From positions 1 through 43,024 of the forward strand of contig CAZLUX010000004.1 of the NCBI GenBank assembly GCA_964562815.1: a stretch of DNA of 43,024 bases, in the 5' to 3' direction. Both the position numbers and the translations under genes were made by a program. This DNA is from an uncultured Enterobacteriaceae bacterium. GTDB lineage: Bacteria > Pseudomonadota > Gammaproteobacteria > Burkholderiales > SG8-39. Below, piece after piece: positions 29,013-36,045 of this stretch (position 1 is its first letter; the number at the start of each line of letters is the position of its first letter). The notes beneath the pieces are model-generated. The model saw only the letters and a list, made by a program, of their open reading frames with translations, did not search any database and was not told the DNA's origin.

Positions 29013-29884
29013 TGCTGCGCGCACGCGAGCTGGTGCGCCTGTTGCGCCCGCATCAGTGGGTCAAGAACGGCTTCGTTCTGGCCGGCCTCGTTTTCGGGCA
29101 CGGCTGGGACGACCCGCACATGGTGGTGCTTGCGCTGTCGGCGTTCCTCGCCTTCTGTCTGGCGTCGAGCGCCGTGTACGCGTTCAACGACGCCATCGAC
29201 GCGGAGCAGGACCGCGGCCACCCCGAGAAGCGTACCCGCCCCGTGGCGAAGGGCGCGGTGAGCATCGCGGAGGCCCTCACGCTCGCCGTGCTGCTCGCGC
29301 TGGGCGGGCTCGGGATCGGCGCGCTCGTATCGCTGGGGGTCGCTGCGTCGGTCGCCGGCTATCTGGTGCTCAACGCCGCCTACACGCTCGGCCTCAAGCA
29401 CGTGCCGGTGATCGACGTGCTCGCGCTCGCCGCGGGCTTCATGCTGCGGCTGCTCGCCGGGACGGCGGGGATCGGAATCGTGCCTTCGAACTGGATTCTC
29501 GCCTGCGGCGTGCTGCTGACCTTGTTCCTGGGTTTTGCCAAGCGCCGCGCCGAGCTCGACCGGCTGGCGGACGACGCGCATCAGCATCGCGCGGTGCTGG
29601 CGGCCTACAGCCCCCGGTTTCTGGACATTGCGATAACCGTGTGCGCGGCCGGAATGATCGTCGCTTACGTGTTCTACACGCTCGCGCCGGAAACGGCCGA
29701 GCTGCACGGCACGAACCGGCTCGTGCTGACGGTGCCGTGGGTGCTGCTCGGCACGCTGCGTTATCTCTTTCGCCTGCGCTTCCGCGGCGGCGGCGGCGAC
29801 CCGTCGTCCGAGCTGCTTCGAGACCCCGCGCTGACGGCGGCGGTCGTGGGATGGCTCGCCACCGTGCTGTGGCTCATCTCCTGA
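29012..29884 (+). CDS. UbiA-family prenyltransferase, decaprenyl-phosphate phosphoribosyltransferase-like (DPPR synthase type)
   Basis: ATG at 29012 forms a TGATG junction with the GT39 stop. LRPHQWVKNGFVLAGLVF and the Asp-rich motif YAFNDAIDAEQDRGHPEKRTRPVA closely resemble Rv3806c-type 5-phosphoribosyl-1-pyrophosphate:polyprenyl-phosphate transferases. 290 aa, polytopic. Confidence 0.85.
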   Translation: MLRARELVRLLRPHQWVKNGFVLAGLVFGHGWDDPHMVVLALSAFLAFCLASSAVYAFNDAIDAEQDRGHPEKRTRPVAKGAVSIAEALTLAVLLALGGLGIGALVSLGVAASVAGYLVLNAAYTLGLKHVPVIDVLALAAGFMLRLLAGTAGIGIVPSNWILACGVLLTLFLGFAKRRAELDRLADDAHQHRAVLAAYSPRFLDIAITVCAAGMIVAYVFYTLAPETAELHGTNRLVLTVPWVLLGTLRYLFRLRFRGGGGDPSSELLRDPALTAAVVGWLATVLWLIS

Positions 29885-29905
29885 GCTTTTCGGCATAATG
29901 GCCCG

Positions 29906-30466
29906 ATGGCCGCTGCCACCGAATCTCCGCTCCGCTCCCAGCTGCTCGCGCATCTCGAGTCGCTCGGCGACGCGTCGAAATTCTCCGACCGCATCCACGC
30001 CCTGATTCCGAAGTGCCGGCTGCTGGAGAATTTCTCTGCCGGCGAGGTTCGCCTGCTGGCGCATTTCATGGATGTCTACCGCGCCGAAGTCGGCACCGAG
30101 ATCATGCGCGAGGGCGAAGGCGGCGACTTCATGATGATGATCATCGAGGGCAAGGTGGAAGTGCAGAAGCGGGATCGCTGGAACACGCCCCAGGCGCTCT
30201 CGGAAGTCGAGGCCGGCCGCACGCTGGGCGAGATGTCGATGATCGACGGCGAGCCGCGCTTCGCCACCTGCATGGCGATCGAGCCGACGCTGATCGCGGT
30301 GCTCGACCGCGAGCGGCTGGCGCGCATCATCGTCGAGCAGCCGATGCTCGGCGCCAAGATCCTGATGGAGTTGGTGTTGATGCTGTCGCAGCGCTTGCGC
30401 GCGACCAGCGAGCGCCTGCTCGGCCTGCTGGACGAAAAGTCGCGGCGCGGCGTCGGCAGCCTGTGA
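29906..30466 (+). CDS. Cyclic nucleotide-binding domain protein (stand-alone CAP/cNMP effector domain, no HTH)
   Basis: 186 aa. FSAGEVRLLAHFMDVYRAEVGTEIMREGEGGDFMMMIIEGKVEV...GRTLGEMSMIDGEPRFATCMA is a canonical cNMP-binding beta-barrel with a phosphate-binding cassette-like GEMS..R.AT. Confidence 0.85.
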   Translation: MAAATESPLRSQLLAHLESLGDASKFSDRIHALIPKCRLLENFSAGEVRLLAHFMDVYRAEVGTEIMREGEGGDFMMMIIEGKVEVQKRDRWNTPQALSEVEAGRTLGEMSMIDGEPRFATCMAIEPTLIAVLDRERLARIIVEQPMLGAKILMELVLMLSQRLRATSERLLGLLDEKSRRGVGSL

Positions 30467-30545
30467 CGGGCCGTCGGCGGGGCGGATCTGTAAGGCTTCG
30501 CGCCCCCGCGCGACTGAGTCATAGCGACAACGACAAGGACGCCAC

Positions 30546-31511
30546 ATGCACGCGACCCTGCCCCTGATGCGGCATTACGGGTTCCCGCCGGTCCGGCGCG
30601 GCCGCCTCGAGACGCTCCAGGTCAACCTCGGCTACCGCTGCAACCAGAGCTGCCTGCACTGCCACGTCAACGCCGGCCCGAACCGCAGCGAGCAGATGTC
30701 CGCGGAAACCGTCACCGACGTGCTCGCGTTCATGGAGGTGGCCGGAATCAAGAAACTCGACCTCACCGGCGGCGCGCCCGAGCTCAATCCGCGTTTCCGA
30801 GACCTGGTCCGGCGCGCGCGGGCGCTGGGGGTCCATGTGATGGACCGCTGCAACCTGACGATTCTCGAGGAGCCGGGCCAGGAGGACCTGGGCGAGTTCC
30901 TCGCCCGCGAGGGCGTCGAGGTGATCGCGTCGCTGCCCTGCTATCAGGAGGACAACGTCGACCGGCAGCGAGGCAGCGGCGTGTTCGGGCGCAGCCTGCG
31001 CGCGCTCGCGCGCCTGAACGCGCTCGGCTACGGCAAGGGTGTCCCGGGCCTCGAGCTGAGCCTGGTGTACAACCCGCAGGGTGCGGTACTGCCGCCATCG
31101 CAGGCGCAACTCGAGGCGGACTACAAGCGCGAGCTGGGCGAGCGCTACGGGATCGCATTCGACCGGCTGTACGTGCTCGCCAACATGCCGATTCAGCGCT
31201 TCGGCTCGATGCTGGTCTCGAAGGGGCAATTCAACGAGTACATGCGGCTGCTGCACGGCGCCCACAGAAGCGAGAACGTCGAATCGGTGATGTGCCGCAG
31301 CCTGATCTCGGTCGACTGGCGCGGCTACGTTTACGACTGCGATTTCAATCAGATGCTCGAGCTGCCGCTCGAGATGGAAGGCACGCAACGGCCGCAGCTT
31401 TCGGATCTGATCGGACGGGATCTTGTCGGCAACCCGATCGCGGTCCGCGACCATTGCTACGGCTGCACCGCCGGCCAGGGCTCCTCCTGCGGCGGCGCGC
31501 TGCATGACTGA
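30546..31511 (+). CDS. arsS: Radical SAM / Cys-rich-domain protein of the ArsS family (rSAM/selenodomain family; annotated in databases as arsenosugar biosynthesis radical SAM protein)
   Basis: 321 aa. Radical SAM cluster motif GYRCNQSCLHCH. C-terminal Cys-rich tail HCYGCTAGQGSSCGG. Genomic context includes the four partner families usually found with it. Confidence 0.88.
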   Translation: MHATLPLMRHYGFPPVRRGRLETLQVNLGYRCNQSCLHCHVNAGPNRSEQMSAETVTDVLAFMEVAGIKKLDLTGGAPELNPRFRDLVRRARALGVHVMDRCNLTILEEPGQEDLGEFLAREGVEVIASLPCYQEDNVDRQRGSGVFGRSLRALARLNALGYGKGVPGLELSLVYNPQGAVLPPSQAQLEADYKRELGERYGIAFDRLYVLANMPIQRFGSMLVSKGQFNEYMRLLHGAHRSENVESVMCRSLISVDWRGYVYDCDFNQMLELPLEMEGTQRPQLSDLIGRDLVGNPIAVRDHCYGCTAGQGSSCGGALHD

Positions 31512-32448
31512 GCAGCGGCCGGGGCGCGCCTGTCCGGCCGGCTATCGCTACGGCGCGCGGGCGCTGGCGGCGCCGGCCGCGCTTCGGGTCGATACGCTCT
31601 GGGTCGCGGGCGGGCTCTACGGCAACGGCCTGGCGCTCGAGCGGCTGCTCGAGCTCTTCGAAGGCGAGCCCGGGTCCAAGGCCCTGGTGTTCAACGGCGA
31701 CTTCCACTGGTTCGACGTCGACCCGCAGCGCTTCGCCGAAGTGAACCGCCGCGTCCTCGGGCACGCCGCCACCCGCGGCAACGTGGAAACCGAGCTGGCT
31801 GACCCGGCGGCGGGAGCCGGCTGCGGCTGCGGCTATCCGGATTGGGTCGACGATGCGGACGTGGAACGATCCAACCGCATCATCGAGCGCCTGCGCGAGA
31901 CCGCCCGGCGCCTGCCGCAAGCCGTCGCGGCGCTCGCGAAATTGCCGATGCATCGGGTCGCGCAGGTCGGCGATGAGCGCATCGGCGTCGTACACGGCGA
32001 CGCGGAGTCGCTCGCCGGCTGGGGTTTCTCGCAGGAGGTGCTCGCCAGCGCGGCCGGCGCGCGGGCCGCGCACGAGGCCTGCGTGCGCGCCGGCGTTCGC
32101 GTGTTCGCCTCCAGCCACAGCTGCCTGCCGGTGCTGCAGCGCCTGGATGCCGGTTGCGTGATCATCAACAACGGCGCGGCCGGGATGCCGAATTTCGCGG
32201 GAACGCGTTTCGGCCTGGCGACCCGGATCTCGGTCAGGCCCGGCAGGCAGCCGTTGTACGGGGCGCGCGCGGGCGGGCTGTGGGTCGAGGCCGCGGCGCT
32301 CGAGTACGACTTCGCGGCCTGGGAGCGGGAGTTCGTCGCGCAGTGGCCGCCGGGGAGCGACGCCCACCGTTCGTATTACCAGCGCATCGTGCGGGGGCCG
32401 CGCTACGCCCGCGAGCAGGCGCTGCGCGTCGCCGAGGCGGTGGCATGA
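31504..32448 (+). CDS. Metallophosphoesterase-like protein, rSAM/selenodomain-associated type (TIGR04168-like)
   Basis: ATG at 31504 overlaps the arsS-like stop by 8 nt. Degenerate calcineurin-like motifs: WVAGGLYGN, VFNGDFHWFD, TRGNVE, VVHGDAES, ASSHSC. The family assignment is from memory of the conserved neighbourhood. Confidence 0.65.
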   Translation: MTEQRPGRACPAGYRYGARALAAPAALRVDTLWVAGGLYGNGLALERLLELFEGEPGSKALVFNGDFHWFDVDPQRFAEVNRRVLGHAATRGNVETELADPAAGAGCGCGYPDWVDDADVERSNRIIERLRETARRLPQAVAALAKLPMHRVAQVGDERIGVVHGDAESLAGWGFSQEVLASAAGARAAHEACVRAGVRVFASSHSCLPVLQRLDAGCVIINNGAAGMPNFAGTRFGLATRISVRPGRQPLYGARAGGLWVEAAALEYDFAAWEREFVAQWPPGSDAHRSYYQRIVRGPRYAREQALRVAEAVA

Positions 32449-34598
32449 GCAGGTCGCGGCTCGCGCTCCTCGTGGTGATCGTGCTTCTGGTGGCGGCTTT
32501 CTTCGCCGCCGGCGGCCAGCGCTACCTCAGCTTCGAGACCATCAAGTCGGAGCAGGAAGCGATCCTCGGCTACTACGCCTCGCACCCGTGGCAGACCGCC
32601 CTCGGCTTCTTCGTCGCCTATGTGGCCGTCACCGGTCTCTCGCTCCCCGGCGCGGCGCTCATGACGCTGGTCGCGGGGGCGATCTTCGGCCTGCTGTGGG
32701 GCACCGTGATCGTGTCGTTCGCCTCGACGATCGGGGCGACGCTTGCCTTCCTTGCCAGCCGCTTCCTCTTGCGCGACTGGGTCCAGCGGCGCTTCGGCCA
32801 CGCGCTGCGCGCGGTGAACGAGGGCGTCGCGCGCGAGGGCGCGTTCTACCTGTTCACCCTGCGGCTGATCCCGGCGGTGCCTTTCTTCGTGATCAACCTC
32901 GCGCTGGGCCTGACGCCGATCCGCACCGCCACCTTCTACTGGGTGAGTCAGCTCGGCATGCTCGCCGGGACGATCGTGTACGTGAACGCCGGCACCCGGC
33001 TGGCGGCGATCGAGTCGCCTGCGGGGATCCTCTCTCCTGGCCTGCTGGGCGCCTTCGTCCTGCTCGGGCTGTTTCCGCTGCTGGCGAAGAAGGCGCTCGA
33101 CGCGGTCAAGGCGCGTCGTGTCTATGCAAGATGGAAGCGCCCGCGGCGCTTCGACCGCAACCTGGTGGTGATCGGCGCCGGCTCGGCCGGACTGGTCAGC
33201 GCGTACATCGCGGCCGCGGTCCGCGCCAAAGTGACGCTGATCGAGAAGCACCGCATGGGCGGCGACTGCCTCAACACGGGCTGCGTGCCGTCCAAGGCGC
33301 TGATCAGGACGGCGCGGGTGCTGGCCGAGATCCGGCGCGCCCCGGAATACGGCCTGAAGTCCGCCCACGCCGAGTTCGACTTCGCCGAGGTGATGGAGCG
33401 CGTGCAGCGCGTCGTGCGCGCGGTCGAGCCGCACGACTCCGCCGAGCGCTACACCGCGCTCGGCGTCGAATGTCTGCATGGGGAGGCGAAGATCGTCTCC
33501 CCCTGGGAAGTGGAGGTCGCGCTCGAGGGCGGCGAGACGCGGCGCCTGTCCACCCGCGCCATCGTGATCGCCGCCGGGGCGCGCCCTTTCGTGCCGCCGA
33601 TTCCGGGCATCGAGCAGGTCGGCTGCCTCACCTCCGACACGGTCTGGGCGCTGCGCGAGCTGCCGCGGCGGCTGGTGGTGCTGGGAGGCGGGCCGATCGG
33701 CTGCGAGCTCGCGCAGTGCTTCGCCCGCTTCGGCGCGAAGGTGACGCAGGTCGAGATGCTGCCGCGACTCATGGTGCGCGAAGACCCCGAGATCTCCGCG
33801 ATGGTGATGCAGAAATTCCGCGACGAGGGGATCGAGGTGCTGGTCGGGCACAAGGCCAAGGCCTTCCGGGTCGAGAACGGGGAAAAGGTTTTGATCGCCG
33901 AGCACGACGGAGCCGAAGCGCGCATCGCTTTCGACGCGCTGCTGTGCGCGGTGGGGCGCGTGGCGAACACCGAGGGCTACGGGCTCGAGGCGCTCGGCAT
34001 TCCGGTCACGCGCCAGCGCACGGTCGAGACCAACGAGTTCCTGCAGACGGCCTTCCCGAACATCTACGCCTGCGGCGACGTCGCCGGGCCCTACCAGTTT
34101 ACGCACGTCGCCGCGCACCAGGCCTGGTACGCTGCCGTGAACGCGCTGTTCGGAGGCTTGCGCAGGTTCCGGGCGGACTATTCGGTGATTCCGTGGGCGA
34201 CCTTCACCGACCCCGAGGTGGCGCGCGTCGGCCTGAACGAAAACGAGGCCAAAGAACGCGGCGTGCCGTACGAGGTCTCGACCTACGGCATCGACGACCT
34301 CGACCGCGCGATCGCGGACGAAGAGGCGCATGGCGTGGTCAAGGTGCTCACCGTGCCGGGCAAGGACCGCATCCTCGGCGTGACGATCGTCGGCGCGCAC
34401 GCGGGCGAGCTGATTGCCGAGTTCGTCGCCGCGATGCGCCACGGCCTGGGGTTGAACAAGATTCTCGGCACGATCCATGTCTACCCGACGCTCGCCGAGG
34501 CGAACAAGTACGCCGCCGGCGTCTGGAAGAAGGCGCATGCGCCGCAGGGCGCGCTGCGCGCGATCGAGCGGTTCCACGGATGGATGCGCGGCGGATGA
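32445..34598 (+). CDS. Fusion protein: N-terminal DedA / TVP38-TMEM64 (SNARE-associated) membrane domain plus C-terminal FAD-dependent pyridine nucleotide-disulfide oxidoreductase (mercuric reductase / dihydrolipoamide dehydrogenase-like)
   Basis: ATG at 32445 forms an ATGA overlap with the upstream stop; 717 aa. Membrane half: LPGAALMTLVAGAIFG...FYLFTLRLIPAVPFFVINLALG. Flavoprotein half: VVIGAGSAGLVSAY, redox-active GGDCLNTGCVPSKAL, second Rossmann fold VVLGGGPIGCELAQ, and the dimerisation region HVYPTLAEA. Confidence 0.9.
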   Translation: MSRSRLALLVVIVLLVAAFFAAGGQRYLSFETIKSEQEAILGYYASHPWQTALGFFVAYVAVTGLSLPGAALMTLVAGAIFGLLWGTVIVSFASTIGATLAFLASRFLLRDWVQRRFGHALRAVNEGVAREGAFYLFTLRLIPAVPFFVINLALGLTPIRTATFYWVSQLGMLAGTIVYVNAGTRLAAIESPAGILSPGLLGAFVLLGLFPLLAKKALDAVKARRVYARWKRPRRFDRNLVVIGAGSAGLVSAYIAAAVRAKVTLIEKHRMGGDCLNTGCVPSKALIRTARVLAEIRRAPEYGLKSAHAEFDFAEVMERVQRVVRAVEPHDSAERYTALGVECLHGEAKIVSPWEVEVALEGGETRRLSTRAIVIAAGARPFVPPIPGIEQVGCLTSDTVWALRELPRRLVVLGGGPIGCELAQCFARFGAKVTQVEMLPRLMVREDPEISAMVMQKFRDEGIEVLVGHKAKAFRVENGEKVLIAEHDGAEARIAFDALLCAVGRVANTEGYGLEALGIPVTRQRTVETNEFLQTAFPNIYACGDVAGPYQFTHVAAHQAWYAAVNALFGGLRRFRADYSVIPWATFTDPEVARVGLNENEAKERGVPYEVSTYGIDDLDRAIADEEAHGVVKVLTVPGKDRILGVTIVGAHAGELIAEFVAAMRHGLGLNKILGTIHVYPTLAEANKYAAGVWKKAHAPQGALRAIERFHGWMRGG

Positions 34599-35374
34599 GG
34601 CTTGCGGCCGCCACTTTCGTGCTGATCGTGACGGCCGTGCCCGGAGCGGCGCAGGGTTTTGACCCGTCGCACGCGGCGTGGACCGCGTTGCTCGGGCGGC
34701 ACGTGGTGGTGCTCGATGGCGGAAAAGCCTCGCGCGTTCGCTATTCCGGGTTCGCCCGGGACCGCGTTGCGCTCGATGCCTATCTCGGCGCGCTGGCGGC
34801 CGTGACGCGCCCGCAGTTCGAGCGCTGGCCGCGGGCCGAGCAGATGGCCTTCCTGATCAACACCTACAACGCACGCATGGTGCAGAAGGTGCTGACCCGC
34901 TATCCCGACCTGCGCTCGGTGTGGGATTTCGGGAGGTTTTTCGGCAATCCCTTCAAGGACGATTTCTTCACCCTGCTTGGGCGCAAAGCCTCGCTCGACG
35001 ACGTCGAGGGAATGCTGCGCGAGCCCGGCGCCTACGACGATCCGCGCGTGCACTTCGCGCTCAACTGTGCCTCGGTGGGATGCCCGATGCTCAGACGGCA
35101 GGCCTATGTCGGCGCGAAGCTCGACTCCCAGCTCGAGGATCAGGCGCGCCGCTTCCTGACCGATCGCAGCCGCAACCGCTACGATGCGGTGTCAGGGCGG
35201 CTCGAGGTCTCCAGGATCTTCGACTGGTACGAGAGGGACTGGCCGCCACGTTATCTCGAGCGCCACGCCGCGCAGCTTGCCGACGACGCCGCGGCGCGCG
35301 CACGAATCGCGGCGGGTGGGTTCGAGCTTGCCTATCTCGACTACGATTGGACACTGAACGACGCGAAGGAGTAG
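34595..35374 (+). CDS. DUF547 domain-containing protein, exported
   Basis: ATG at 34595 forms an ATGA overlap. Signal peptide MRLAAATFVLIVTAVPGAAQG. AFLINTYNARMVQKVL, DPRVHFALNCASVGCP and FDWYERDW are the DUF547 hallmark motifs. Confidence 0.8.
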   Translation: MRLAAATFVLIVTAVPGAAQGFDPSHAAWTALLGRHVVVLDGGKASRVRYSGFARDRVALDAYLGALAAVTRPQFERWPRAEQMAFLINTYNARMVQKVLTRYPDLRSVWDFGRFFGNPFKDDFFTLLGRKASLDDVEGMLREPGAYDDPRVHFALNCASVGCPMLRRQAYVGAKLDSQLEDQARRFLTDRSRNRYDAVSGRLEVSRIFDWYERDWPPRYLERHAAQLADDAAARARIAAGGFELAYLDYDWTLNDAKE

Positions 35375-35388
35375 CACCGCGGATCACC

Positions 35389-36045
35389 GTGGTGATCCCG
35401 GCGCTGAACGAGGCCGCAGGCATCGTGCGCGCGCTGCAGGCGCTCGCGCCGCTGCGCCGCCGCGGGCACGAGGTGATCGTGGTCGACGGCGGCAGCGAAG
35501 ACGCCACCGCGGACCTCGCGCGGCCGTTCGCCGACCAGGTGCTGACGGCGTCGCGCGGGCGCGCGCTGCAGATGAACGCCGGCGCACGCGCCGCACGCGG
35601 CACGTCCTTGCTCTTTCTGCACGCGGACGTGCGCCTGCCCGAGGGCGCGGATCGCATGGTGGCGAACGCGCTCGGCGAGCGGTGCTGGGGCCGTTTCGAC
35701 GTCGCGCTCGACAGCCCGCGCGCAGTGCTCGCGCTCATCGGCGCGATGATGAACCTGCGCTCGAGGCTCACGGGCATCGCCACCGGCGACCAGGCGCTGT
35801 TCGTGCGCCGGGACGTGTTCGAGTCGGCGGGCGGCTATGCGGAAATTCCGCTGATGGAGGACATCGAGCTCTCGGCCCGGCTGCGCCGCTTCGGGCGCCC
35901 CGCCTGCCTGCGGGCGCGCGTGCGGGTGTCCGCGCGCCGCTGGCAGGCGCGCGGCGCGCTGCGCACGGTTGTGCTCATGTGGCGCCTGCGGCTGGCCTAT
36001 TTCCTCGGCGCCGACCCGGCGCGGCTGGCCGAGCGCTACCGCTGA
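35389..36045 (+). CDS. Family 2 glycosyltransferase, rSAM/selenodomain-associated transferase 2 type (TIGR04283-like)
   Basis: VVIPALNEAAGI...VIVVDGGSEDAT...LLFLHADVRLP is a GT-A/GT2 N-terminus. The start is uncertain: GTG at 35389 or TTG at 35347. Stop TGA at 36043-36045. Confidence 0.78.
   Translation: MVIPALNEAAGIVRALQALAPLRRRGHEVIVVDGGSEDATADLARPFADQVLTASRGRALQMNAGARAARGTSLLFLHADVRLPEGADRMVANALGERCWGRFDVALDSPRAVLALIGAMMNLRSRLTGIATGDQALFVRRDVFESAGGYAEIPLMEDIELSARLRRFGRPACLRARVRVSARRWQARGALRTVVLMWRLRLAYFLGADPARLAERYR

Noticed and set aside
25518-29024. A 1168-aa minus-strand ORF spanning the DAHP synthase, TauE and GT39 genes.
   Set aside because: It is antisense to three well-supported genes. 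Its composition is extreme in Arg, Ala and Gln, low in complexity, and has no motifs. It is a GC artefact.
29012-29884. The possibility that the UbiA-family gene is the housekeeping 4-hydroxybenzoate polyprenyltransferase (ubiA) or a heme O synthase.
   Set aside because: The motifs (HQWVKNGFV; NDxxDxxxDRxHPxKxxRP) and the coupling to a GT-C enzyme fit the phosphoribosyl-polyprenyl-phosphate synthase branch better. This still needs a phylogeny, as noted in the findings.
28976-30547. A 523-aa minus-strand ORF across the UbiA and cNMP genes. The 328-aa ORF 30519..31505, the 340-aa ORF 31345..32367 and the 724-aa ORF 32403..34577, all opposite the ArsS-like operon, were considered too.
   Set aside because: All are antisense to genes with clear motifs and tight translational coupling on the plus strand. 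Their products are Arg/Ala/His-rich without signatures.
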